Source: an uncultured virus (IMG/VR IMGVR_UViG_3300035516_000278) (lineage: Duplodnaviria; Heunggongvirae; Uroviricota; Caudoviricetes). Taken from it: a stretch of 20,000 bases of DNA. The position numbers and the translations under genes are program-made. The stretch is from IMG/VR virus record IMGVR_UViG_3300035516_000278. The stretch is one strand, 5' to 3'. Below the pieces are notes generated by a model. It did no database searches. It was not told the origin of the DNA and saw only the letters and a list, made by a program, of their open reading frames with translations. Positions 8,349-20,000 of the stretch are shown here, one piece after another (positions within the stretch are counted from its first letter, which is position 1; each line of letters starts with the position of its first letter).

Positions 8349-9668
8349 ATCACAGCTCGATAGGTTTATGAGGGTGTTCTGGTTGAATTAAATAAGGACC
8401 AAGCCCCCAGTTTGATTTTAGAGGAGTTTAATTACCTTTTCAATAAAGCTATTAACTAGTATATAAACAAGAGTTATAATGTATATGATGTTAATTAGCA
8501 GTATACTGATAATCTGAGGGTGTTAAAAGCAACTGCCGTTCTTACTCCTAAATTATCCGATCTTTATGGAGATACACATAAAGGAGTAAATGCAAGAAAT
8601 TCATTATATAATGCAACCTATGAAGTATTGCTTCCTCCGGATTATCTACACATTTTAAATTGTATTTGTAACTTTGAAGTTAAGAAACAATTTAAATGCT
8701 ATGATAAGGATACATATGTATAGTTTCCAGCCACACGATTAACTGCGGATGCTTGGTCTTAGGTTATGTAGAATTTCTATATGAAACCTTCATACAAGCG
8801 TCCTTATTATTACTTACATAATACAAACACTTATTCTGAGAATGTTCAATCTCCTAGAATATCCACTAATCCTTATGAATATGATGAGGAGTTTGGAACA
8901 TATAGAGGAACTGATGTTGGTTTAAAAACCACATTAACTGCTTTGTTTGAACAATATAAGAGTTTGAATGCGGATAAATTTACATTTGATCTTGTTACTA
9001 CTAGTCAAGGTATAAAAACTTGGGTAGCAACTGATAAGAATAATGCAACTGAGTATTTTGTAATTTATGATGCTTCAAACAAAAGATTTATTCTTGCAGA
9101 AAGTGCTCAAGTTGAAATTTCTATAACAAACGGAGTTGTAAATGTTTATACTCCACTAGAGAGTGTTTATGTAGGTGATACTACATTATATATAAATACT
9201 ACAGGAGCTACACTTGGAGATTTAAATCAACAATATAATCTTGTAAGTGAAGATTTTCTTGATAACTATGGTAATGCTGTAGTTTAGACTGATGCTCCTA
9301 GAGAAATTCAACTTGGAAATGGTGAGTATTTAAGTACTGTAGAAAAGACTGCAGGCTATCGTTATGGTAATTTATCCAATGTACGCTGCGAAATCCGTTA
9401 TGGAAAAGACAACAGTGTCTTTGCCCTTACTGATGTGTACATTGACTATATAAAAGCTCCTCAATTTATAAGACTTACACAGGAACAATTAGATTTGACA
9501 GAGGACACATCATAGATGATGGAATTTCCTGATTATGTATGTCAAGAGATAATAAATGAGTTGGTACACTTAGTTATGGAGAATGCTTCTGATCAGCGTC
9601 TTCAAACACATCCCGTAGTTACTTAGTCTATTGCTAATCCAGCTCAACAGTAGACGCAATCAACCTAA
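8349..9668 (+). CDS. Putative virion ring/neck protein, about 439 aa, apparent ATC start
   Basis: One frame open from after TAA 8334-8336 to TAA 9666-9668, with 10 TAGs (8361, 8457, 8496, 8721, 8760, 8769, 9285, 9513, 9624, 9651). Includes track ORFs 8520 and 8781. Motifs LPPDYLHILN, IDYIKAPQ, EFPDYVCQEII. Function from synteny only. Confidence 0.7.
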
Positions 9669-9679
9669 TAATTTAAATT

Positions 9680-10666
9680 ATGTATCAGTACACTAGCACA
9701 ACTATTGTTAATTCCGCTGATGTAATTTTCAGTAAGAAAGTAAGTGATGAGAAGTCACTTTTCCGTGTTAAATTTGGTCCCGAACTTATTGTTGAAGACG
9801 ATAAGTCTAAAATTACTGCTGTTTACAAGAACTCTTATTCTGAAGGTAAACCCGCTACTGCAGTTATTGATCTTGGTAATGAAGCAATTAATACTGACGG
9901 TACAGGTATTTATCGTGTGGCTATTTACGTTCGTCTTTCTCCTCATAGCAATGAGGCTAACTACTCTAATGTATGGGTATTTAAAGGCAAGCCTGTTTAT
10001 ATTGAGTTTGATGTAAATAAGGCTAAGGAAGGAAAACTTGCTGAGTATGCTGCTCGTATTGCTAAAAAGTTCCAGCTTGCTACTTATGGCAACGATATTC
10101 TTGAGATTACTGGCGAAGGTAATACACTTACCATTAAGGGTAAAGATCAGTATCAGCAATTCTTGACACAGGATAGTCTTCCTGGCATTAATGTTCAGAA
10201 GCTTTCTGAAGCTAAATATGCTACTCCTGAGCGTTTTGAAGACGTAATTGATTGGGAGTATGACGAGAATGCAAAGAAATATACTAACGAACTTGTTACT
10301 ACTTTTGAGCAGGGAGTTGAAGGCTTTGGTGATTACGATCACATGCTTCGCTCTTATGTATATCCCACTGCTCAGAATACTCGCTGGAATGGTATCCATG
10401 AGGATGAGCGTCCTCTTGTAAATGGCAAGTACACTCAGTACACTGTTTACTTCCAGGCAGAACGTGGTATTATGGGTCTTGGTGCAGTTGGTATGCTTGC
10501 TAATTCTAAGACTACTCATGTATTCATGGTTGAGGAAGGTGCAACTGCTAAGTTCGAGGAAGAGCTTGCTAAAGTTCTCAACGGTGTAACAATCGAGGAT
10601 GTTACTCCTGGTCAGGCTGAAGCTGCTAGCACTCCTGCAACTGCAAGCGTAGATGCTGAGGATTGA
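9680..10666 (+). CDS. Probably abundant structural protein (possible auxiliary capsid/decoration protein), 328 aa
   Basis: Intact ORF with no TAG and MCP-like biased codons (cgt, ggt, act, cag, aag). Ala-rich tail, followed by a terminator. Confidence 0.7.
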   Translation: MYQYTSTTIVNSADVIFSKKVSDEKSLFRVKFGPELIVEDDKSKITAVYKNSYSEGKPATAVIDLGNEAINTDGTGIYRVAIYVRLSPHSNEANYSNVWVFKGKPVYIEFDVNKAKEGKLAEYAARIAKKFQLATYGNDILEITGEGNTLTIKGKDQYQQFLTQDSLPGINVQKLSEAKYATPERFEDVIDWEYDENAKKYTNELVTTFEQGVEGFGDYDHMLRSYVYPTAQNTRWNGIHEDERPLVNGKYTQYTVYFQAERGIMGLGAVGMLANSKTTHVFMVEEGATAKFEEELAKVLNGVTIEDVTPGQAEAASTPATASVDAED

Positions 10667-10678
10667 TAATCATTAATT

Positions 10679-10716
10679 GAGGCGGTGGCAATTAAGCCTC
10701 CGCCTTTATTTGTTTT
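10679..10716 (+). terminator. Terminator-like hairpin
   Basis: GAGGCGG-t-GGC-aattaa-GCC-t-CCGCCTT followed by TATTTGTTTT. Confidence 0.65.
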
Positions 10717-10718
10717 AT

Positions 10719-11390
10719 ATGTACAGTAAACTAGCTTCAGCAATATATAACCATTTAGTAACTGGTTTACGTGGTTATCATTAGAATCCTACAATAAGCA
10801 TTGAACAAATTGAAGATGAAATTGTAGAAACTAGATTATAGATTATTAAAGAATATCTAGCTAAGAACTTACTTCCTAGAGAAGAGTTATTAACTACAAT
10901 AAATTGTGTTACTGTAGACTGTTAGGATTTAGAAAGATGCTGCAGTGTAAAATCTGAAAATGGAACTCCTGTAGCTCATTTTGAAATCCCTTAGCTAGTA
11001 CACGATTTCGGTACAGGATCTATTGCTTATGTAGGTTCTCCCGACAGACAAAATCCATTCATTGTTTATATAAATTCAAACTTTAAGAATACTCTATAGA
11101 AATATAGAAGAAGAGGCAAGGATAAACCTTACGTAATGATTGATCCAGCACCTAATGCTGACGGATTTTGTGATTGTTATATTTTCAATGCTCCATATAT
11201 AAAGAAAGTGTCTGTAGTAGGCTTATTTAAAGATTTAAGATAGTTGGAGGAATTAACTTGTTGTGTTGATTCTTCTGAAATTTCTACAGGACTTGATGCA
11301 GAAATTAAAGATCGAATGATTAAGAAATTAATGTCTTATTATAGAGCTTATCCTACATAGACTAAACCTAATACACAAGAATATACCTAA
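10719..11390 (+). CDS. Putative ring/tail protein, 223 aa (absent from the ORF track)
   Basis: ATG 10719 MYSKLASAIYNHLVTGLRGYH... with 7 in-frame TAG and no TAA/TGA until 11388-11390, which overlaps the next ATG (TAATG). Confidence 0.75.
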
Positions 11391-12079
11391 TGCAAGATTT
11401 TCACGCACCAATGTTTCAGGCCAATCTTTTATATGGTCTTAATTTAGATGAAGATACTTATGAAGAACTTGCATTAAATGCTTGGGGATTAATAGGTAAT
11501 AAACACTATAGATTGTACAAAATAAGTGCAATTATAGATAAAGATACACTATCAGTTGAATTACCTTGTAATGCTTCTACAGTTGAAGCTGTAACAGCTG
11601 ATGGTGAAGATTGGAGTTATACTTCCAATATTCATGATCATGGTGATATATATACTAAATTTACAGAAGAATATATAGAACTTATGAAGCATGATAAAAA
11701 TTCATTCTATTTAAGTGGACATTATGTAGACTTCAATTAGCAGGGAAATACTTTATATTTTCCCCATAACTATGGAAAGGTAAATATTCTTTATAAAGGT
11801 TATCAGGTAGATGAAAATGGTTTACCTGAATTAACTGATAAGGAAGTAATTGCAATTGCTACATATTGTGCTTTCTATGATAAGTATAAAATGGCCTTAA
11901 TGACTAATAATACTGTATCAATGAACTTTGCTAACAATCTTAAATAGGAATGGTACAGACAATGCGATGCAGCAAGAGTTCCAGAACATATTACACAAAA
12001 TGAAATGGATCGAATTTTAGATGCCAAAGTTTCTTGGAACCGTAAAGTATATAATAAGTCTTTTAAACCAATAATGTAA
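11390..12079 (+). CDS. Putative tail tubular/ring protein, 229 aa
   Basis: Track ORF extended through TAG 11738 and 11945. Contains VNILYKGYQVDENGLPEL. Ends TAA 12077-12079 with another TAATG overlap. Confidence 0.75.
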
Positions 12080-13089
12080 TGTTTGCCCTTGGTTGTGCAT
12101 TTTCATTAAACGAAATATTTGCAAACTTTAATTGCAAGAAGTTAAAGTTTTCATGTAAAGAATCAGTAGATTATTTTTAGGATGCACACCGAGACAGAGT
12201 TAGTGCTAGAATATTTAGAGATTGTTTGTAGATGGTATTTGAAGATATGGTTGAAAATAGTATTACATTTAAACTTCCTACAGGCTCAAGACCCTCTTGT
12301 ATGTATATACGTAAAGTAGAAGGACAACTTTTTAAAGAAGCAAGATAGAATGGAAGATTTGCTGATATTGATTTTATTGCTTCTAATTTTGCAGCATTTG
12401 AGCCAGTGTTATAGATGGGAAATACAATGACTTGCAGAATTAAACATATTTACTTTGATAAAGCACTTAAAGAGAAACTCATTAAGTACACTAATGAAGG
12501 TAGATAGTATTATGAAACATAGGAGAAAACAGTAAAAGACTATTATGATGCTATATATGATAAATATCCTGACTTATGTCATGCAGACATAAACCGTATT
12601 TTGAATTACGGATTTAAATCTCTATATTTGCATAATAGCTATGGTGCTGACGTTTAGATTGATTCTGGAGATTTTTGGTGCTATTTTGGAGAATTACGAC
12701 GTGATCCTATCAAACACTTTAAATATTATGTAAAAAAACTTGCAATAAAACTCAGAATCCTTCATAAACGTAAACATATTGAATGGGATGGTTATTATTA
12801 TTTTGCATTATCTTAGAATGAATACGATTAGCTTCAAATAAAACACAGAGGACGTCCTAGGAAACGATTTGTTTTCTAGAACGTCGCTCTGTTCAGAATG
12901 TTTGATGAATGTAATCTTAGAAATTCTGGAAAGCAATATATATTCCGAGTTAAGTTATCTTTTGATCTTGGAAGTTATATTGTAGTAAGACGTAGATATG
13001 AAACTACTAATGCAGAACTAATACTACATAGAGAACCATTAAAGTTCAAAGATATTCTAGTATCAACTAATAAATATGAATGTTTATGA
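12079..13089 (+). CDS. Hypothetical basic protein, 336 aa (possibly two domains; position resembles the IHF-like genes of crAss-like tail modules)
   Basis: ATG 12079, 10 in-frame TAG, no other stop until TGA 13087-13089 (ATGA overlap with the next gene). Includes track ORF 12898. Confidence 0.7.
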
Positions 13090-16000
13090 ATACTAAAAAT
13101 GAAGCTTCTAATGGATTTACAGGAGGCCTACAAATGGACTTACATCCATTATTGACTCCTAATAGTTCATTAACTGATTGTTTAAATGGCACTACCATTA
13201 CCATGAATGGTAATGAAAATATGTTATAGAATGACATGGGTAATGGTAGAGTTGAAACTGCATATCTCCCTTCTGGTTATGTACCTGTAGGAATGAAAGA
13301 ACATGGCGGAATTGTCTATGTAGCATCTTACAATCCACAAACTAAGAAAGGTTAGTTAGGTTCATTTCCTTCACCTGAAAGAAATATATCTAGTGAGGAA
13401 ATGAATGAAATTGAAGGAAACACCATTGGAGAACTTGTTGAAGGACAAGTTGTCTATAAATATAAAATATTTCCAGAAGATTTAATTATTCGTTCTGGTG
13501 ATGATTTTGCAATCTTCCTTAAAAATTTAAGTATAGAAGATGCAAAGACTATGTTTTCACATTGTTATAATGTGGATGAAAATGGTTATTCAGCTAAAAA
13601 GAATAAACTATTTACAGTGTCAGTTTGTATATAGGATTCTGATAATAATTTACGTGATATAACTAGTTCTTTAAAAAGGTTTATTCAAGAAACTGACGAT
13701 AATGGTGACACTACTTCAAAATAGGTCGAAGGAACTGAAAATGGATTCTATCTTTTATTTGGAGATAGTGCTGGTATTGTTAATTCTATAAAGAATCCTG
13801 ACGATGCTTAGGCTGTAAATGAATTTAAAGCTTATAATAAATATAACAATAAGTTATTTGGAACTCTTTACTTAGTTTTATCTGTAAACTATTTTGATTC
13901 TTTTGAATTACAAATAGATACATTTATTACAGATAATGACAATTTTACTGTAAAGTTTACACCTATATATACATATAATAGTCCTAATGGATGTAATGAA
14001 AGTACTGGATTTGTTTGTTCAGATAAAGAGGGAACTATTACACAAGTAATTAATGGTACAATATTTAAAATATCACCAGGTTTAAACTGGGATAACTACT
14101 CTAATTATATATATAATGGAGATAGCTCGTATAAATTATTGCCTTTTATCTCGGAAGATTTTGAAGATAAATCTTCGTATGTATAGACTTGTGATTCTTT
14201 AATATTTACGGGGAATAAAGCTAATTACACTTCATTAACTTATACATTCATTCCAACTCTTAATTTTAATATAAAGGAATTAAGTGGATATGCTAAAACA
14301 GGAACTATTGATGTAACTAAAATAAATAGTGGATATAAAAATTTAACAGAGTTTAGGTATTTCTATGAGGAGGGATTTATTACTGTAAAGTATGGATTTG
14401 AATGCTATTTTAAATCCTATGAATAGGGAACCTCTGTTGAATTTGAATTTTATGACATTAATACATATACAAGTAGCAAACTAAAACCTGACCTTACTTT
14501 AAATTTTTAGAAATACTCTTATAATGGATCTTTTGAATTTACTACATCCACCTTAACACAAGGACACATGTATGCAGTAAAAGTTAAGTTAAATTATAGA
14601 GAGCGAGGTGAACTAAAGAACGATTAGGTTTATTGGAGATTCATTTTAACTACTCCTTATTTTAATAAATATTACTTCAGTATACGTGATTTTATAGATA
14701 TTAAAGATTATAACATTACTCCTACCTTATATGTTTCAAGTTACAATGTACAATCTACTAATGTTACTTATAAACATAACAATTAGGAAGTAACTCCTTC
14801 GGATTTAATAGTCAATTCAGACAATGAGGATACTTACGTTTTAACCAAAGAATAGACTTCTATTATAAACATTAATGAGGTTAAAATATCTGTTCCAGAA
14901 AATTTGCCTTTTAATAGTAGTGATTTCAATATCTATGAACATTCTAAATAGGCTAGTGTAAAACAGACTTAGAATTGTTCATGCTCTGAATATAAAAAAT
15001 CTGATATAACTAGTAATTATACATTAACTACATAGAATGTTAATACATTAATAGGAGATCGTAAGATTCCCGTAGTGTAGTTCGATAATTTTTTTTGTAT
15101 TGGAGAAAATTCGTTTCCTAATTCTACACCTGAAATTATCTGGAAATCAGAGCTCTATAACGAAGCTTTATCAATAGGATAGAATTATTATATATATGAA
15201 GGATCTTTAAGTACAGATTTGGGTAGTGCCGGTATTTATTTTTATGGATCTTCCAAAACTACTATAGATTGGGGGAATAGTGAAACCACCCTTAACAATC
15301 TTACTTCTGGAATTTATCATGATGATGAAAATGCAGCAAATATTGCAATACATGATTCTATTTATGATATTTATTATGATCCTATAAGTGAAGACGAAAA
15401 ATAGTATCAGCCATATTATTATGAAAACTATGTAAATAATGATGCAATAGATTTTACTGCTGGAGGAAAGTTTGATTATTATGTTCCTGATGGGGGTATA
15501 AATGATAAAAAGTGGAATTAGCTATTTGAAACTACAGAGAGACCTGTACGTCTTTTAAATTTTGAAAAATGTGTAAATAATACTTCTAATTTGCCAGGAA
15601 ACACTCGATTTTTGTTTGTTTGTGCCTATATGAAGTATAGTAATTACACATGGGATGATAAAGCAAAAAAGGATTTTTTTAAAGAGTTAGGTTCATTTAT
15701 TGATTGTTATACTTTAATGAAAGGCCAGAATAATAAATACTATGGATTGGGTAAACCGTTTAGATGGTATCGTCCAAATAAAATTAAAGGAAATAAAGAG
15801 GCTGATGCTAATATACCATTTGGGTGTTATATAAACCATATAATGCAATTCTTTTCTGATTCATGTATAGGTAATTTTGGCGGATAGCAATCTACTAAAC
15901 AAATCAATTATCCTCATACTTTTGATTTTAATGAAATTACTCAAGAAGCTCCTTCTATGACAGCATCTTATGAGACTAAGGATTATTTTTCAAAGCTTGA

Positions 16001-16655
16001 AAAATTTTTAGAGCCTTTACCCATTAGTTCTGATGATGACTTATATAAAATATTACATTTTGGAATTAATTCTGGCAAAAATGACGATGTTAGCTTAAAT
16101 ATAAATGTAAATATTCCTTTTTCTAATTTAAATTCTCTTTAGTTAATTAACTCACTCCAAGAAGAAAAAGTTGATGTATTAGGGGAAATAAATGGAGAAT
16201 ATTATTTAGCTGATTCTGCTGGAAATGTATTGGATGCCTAGAAAGTGTATTCATTACAGAATGGAATGCTACATGAAAATTCTTAGTTAGCTGTATATGA
16301 AGATTATTTTATTCCTTCTAATAATATAACCAAAGCATTACATCCTGTATTAACTTATTATGATAGTTACTGGGATGAAGGAAATGCTAATCGAGACTTA
16401 CATTCTGTATATTTAAGACATAGAGATATGGACTATCTTAATGGAGACAGAAGAGATAAAAATGATCCAATATACAATACAGATGATGGAAAAGTTAATT
16501 ATGAGTCTGAAAGTATAGTTTCTGCGGGAGGAGAACCAAAGCGCATTCTTACAGATGATTATGCTTTTGGATATATGAATCTTGAAGGTATGCCTTATAT
16601 AGATATTACTAATTATTATAATGAAAAGGATACTCCTGTATGGGGAAGTTTTTAA
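13086..16655 (+). CDS. Large putative tail/virion protein, 1189 aa
   Basis: ATG 13086. N-terminus F.GGL.MDLHP..TPN..LTDCLNGT..T.NGNE..L(TAG)NDMGN...GYVPVG.KEHGGI.YV.SYNP...G(TAG)LGSFPSP. Track ORFs 13401, 15219, 15591, 15957 and 16428 share this frame. About 22 TAGs by manual count, no TAA/TGA until 16653-16655. Confidence 0.78.
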
Positions 16656-19600
16656 CTGATATATTAAGTGGAGTTTCAATTTCATATTATGCTAAAGTAT
16701 AGCCTACAGAAGGCAATTTAGTATATGAATATAACCCTCTACGAAATTACCGACTATCTTCAGATTAGGTTATAGATGATACCGAATATGAAGCAGGAAG
16801 TATAATAGACTTAGATACTGAAAATTTACAATTTGATTTAGAACATCCAGTAACTATTGATTGTCAGGATTCTTACGATGGGTCAGTAAATTTAATATTT
16901 AATGATTATAAGAATGAGCCTAAGTTAATAAATACTAGATTTGCTCCTTTACAAAATAATCAATACGAGATTGTAGACCATATTGGAAATAATGACACTA
17001 ATCTTTATGATGAAGATTAGTTTGGCTCTGATACTGGTTTATATAAAAAGTCATCTACAATTGCTTATATTGATTTTGTATCTCTATTAAATACAGGAAA
17101 CTTAAAAGTAGGTAATTACAATGTATATCTTACATATTGTGATGCCGATGGAAATGAAACTGATTTTATTGCAGAGTCTGGTATAATTTCTTGTTTTATA
17201 GGAGAAAATTGTGATCCTTTTTCTATAAATGGTGGATATAAAGATTAGAATAGCAACAAAGGAATAATCATTACTGTAAATAATGTTGATTAGAATTATG
17301 ACTATATAAAGGTTTATTATAGTAGAAATACTTCTGATGCGGATCTCTCTAATACAAAGTCTTATTATAAAATAGATAGAAAATACCCAATTAGAGGAAC
17401 ATCAGTAACTTTAACAATTACTGGATTTGAAGAAGTTGAAGAAGTAACTGCAGAAACTATAAATGCCTAGTATTTTATTGCTACTAAAGCTAAAGCATAG
17501 GCTACTTGTTAGAGTAGATTATTCCTTGCAAATTTACAAACTAATCAACTAGATTATTCTGATTTCACTGATTTAAGTTTACATATAGTGCCTCAATTAG
17601 TTACTAATAAGAGGACTGATTTAATAGGCAATGTAGATTCTAATTATGAGGATTCTACTGGAAAGTTTGAATACTATAATGTTGAAAACATTTATTATCG
17701 AGTTGGTTATTGGAATGAGGAATTTTATAGGTTTGGAATTGTTTATATATTAAAAGATGGAAGTTTATCTAATGTATTTAATATTTGTGGTACATCTTCT
17801 TTAACTACAGAATTGCCTTCTAATATAAAAAACCTCTATCAAATCTTAGATGTAAATAAATCAAGACAATACTTAGAAATACTGGATAATAAATTAGTTG
17901 GATATAATTATAACTCTAAAGGAGTAATACGATTTAATGGTACTAATGATGATTATATTTATTCTATTAAATTTAATATACCTTCTTAGGTAATTGAATA
18001 TTTAAAGGATAAAGTTTCTGGATTTTTCTTTGTAAGATAGAAACGTATCCCTACAATATTAGCTCAAGCAGTTCTATTTCCTGTAGACCAAGAATCAAAC
18101 CTTCCTACATTATATTTTTAGGATTCAGAAACATATAAATATTGTATAGAGAGTTTTTTATCTCCCAATAAGAGATATTTGGGAACTTCTTATATTACAA
18201 GACTTCAAGAAATAAACGAATCTTATATATTAGGATCTGGATTTGCTGCAATATGCCCTGAATTTGAAACTAATTAGGCATATTATAATACTATTTTCAC
18301 AGGAGGTTCTTTTATAGTTTCTCCTTATGTTACTAATACTATTACTAGAAGTAGTTATTATGATTACTGTTATAATGTAGAATCTTCAGACAATTATAAT
18401 TCATCAAGTACAGTAAGTACTGCCTATATTGCAGCTTTGCCAGATAGTACACCTTTAGTTGTTCTTAAAGATAAAAAATTTAGAGGAGTAGCTGGAGAAG
18501 CAGAAACTGCATATAAATTTAGATATATAGGTAAAGAGAATAAAGACACTGAAGCTGATAATTTAGTTAGAGGTGTATATTCTCCTTATTTGGCAGTAGT
18601 TAATTCTCAATGTTCTGTAGGAGATACTATAAATATTAGAGTTCCTAATTATTCTGTATTTAAACTTAATGATTATATTTCTGTAAGACAAGAAGATGAT
18701 TCTCCTTATTATGCAATCACTGATAGATTTGACATTAATGATTTAAGTAGACTACAAAATGATACTGATTCTTATTCAGTATAGGCATTTAGAGGAGATT
18801 GCTATATATGTAATTTTACACATCGACTTAATCGTAATTTTCAAGACCCATCTGCACCATATAATGATATTATTGTAGAAAGAAATACTTGGAAAGACAA
18901 TTATGATTATGACGATGCAGAAAAAACTGCAAAAATAAATAGAGGTGATGTTAATGCAGTATCATTAGGAAGCTGGATTACTGTAAAAATAAGAGCTTCA
19001 ACTAACTTATCTTTACGTGCATTAGATCATTCTTATCCAACAGAAGAAGGAGCTTGCGGTAAAGCAAGAGGATTCTACCCTTTATAGGCTATGTCTACTG
19101 GAGGAGAATCTAAAATTCCTGAATCAGGAATACTTAATGCAGGGTATGGAATTACTTTAAGTGAGCGTTATAATTTTACATAGCCAGAAGTTCCATATAT
19201 AAAGAATAAGTATGAAACTAGAGTAGCTTATTCTGATGTATCAACTGGAGATGCCTTTAAAAATGGATTCCGAGTATTTAATGCTGATGATTATGAAGAT
19301 TATCCCAGTACTTATGGTGGAATTATGAAACTAGTTGATATTGGCGGTAATCTTTTATGTGTGTTTGAACACGGTATTGCATTAATTCCAGTTAATGAAC
19401 GTACTGCAGTTGGAGATAGTTCTGGAGGTTCTGTTTATATAAACACAGATAGAGTACTTCCTTCTAATCCTAGAATGTTATCTGATATGTATGGTACTCA
19501 ATGGCCAGAAAGTGTTGTAAAGACATCAAGAGCTGTTTATGGAGTTGATACTGTAGCTAAAAAAATCTGGGTAACTAATGGACAATCTGTAGAAATTATT

Positions 19601-20000
19601 TCTGATAAGAGAGTTACTCAATTCTTAAATTAGAATATTACTCTATCAGAACGTGAACTTACTCCTATTATTGGTGTTAGAAATGTTAAATCACATTATA
19701 ATGCCTTTAAGAATGATGTAATGTTTACATTCTATGATAGTTTACATGGCTTCACAGAAAAAGCATGGAATTTATGCTGGAATGAAGATTTATAGCAATT
19801 TGTAACATTCTATTCTTGGATTCCCTCTTATTCTGAAAATATTGATAATATATTCTTCTCTTTTGATAGAGATACATCTAAATATATTTCTAAATTAGGA
19901 TTGGAAGATGGCGTTTGTGTTGAAGATCCTATTTTATCAGAAGATTGGATTAAAGTAGGTTCAGAGCTTTCATTAAAGAATAGAACACTTCCTTCTAATG
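16640..20000 (+). CDS. Very large tail protein, probable tail stabilization/muzzle protein (partial, over 1100 aa)
   Basis: ATG 16640 overlaps the previous gene: MGKFLTDILSG...GNLVYEYNPLRNYR, DSYDGSVNLIFND, YRVGYWNEEFYRFGIVY, FRGDCYICNF, YGTQWPESV, YGVDT, FVTFYSWIP. Track ORFs 17588, 18437 and 19325 share this frame and each ends at TAG. Confidence 0.75.

Noticed and set aside
9755..10519. 254-aa minus-strand ORF
   Set aside because: Antisense shadow of the strongly codon-biased 9680..10666 gene. Scarcity of TTA/CTA/TCA codons keeps the opposite frame open, and the sequence is not protein-like.
557..16685. Small alternative-frame or minus-strand track ORFs (557, 3809, 4394, 5432, 9744, 16413)
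   Set aside because: All overlap better-supported genes or intron cores and show no recognisable motifs
10719..20000. Pseudogene decay as the explanation for fragmented ORFs
   Set aside because: Interruptions are only TAG, with no frameshifts or internal TAA/TGA seen, and gene overlaps are intact
1..20000. tRNA (including amber suppressor), CRISPR array, intein or DGR repeats
   Set aside because: No cloverleaf, repeat-spacer pattern, intein splice motifs or TR/VR pair noticed by eye. The only recurring sequences are the intron core elements.

Overview
AT-rich phage DNA, all genes on the + strand, most consistent with the virion (capsid/tail) module of a crAss-like (Crassvirales-type, Bacteroidota-infecting) phage. 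Two layers hide the genes from the supplied ORF track. (1) TAG is read as a sense codon, most likely Gln. Reading through TAG merges the ORF fragments into tightly packed long genes that all end in TAA or TGA. (2) The major capsid protein gene (2085..7415, about 474 aa once spliced) is split into four exons by three group I introns, each carrying a GIY-YIG/NUMOD1-type homing endonuclease in its P8 loop. Gene order: partial hypothetical protein, Amidase_3 endolysin, acidic scaffold-like protein, MCP with 3 introns, conserved post-MCP protein, ring/tail-like protein with an apparent non-AUG start, abundant capsid-associated protein, two ring/tail-tube-like proteins, a basic 336-aa protein, then two very large tail proteins (the last runs off the window). 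Product names beyond the amidase, MCP and endonucleases rest on synteny and remembered motifs, not on database searches.
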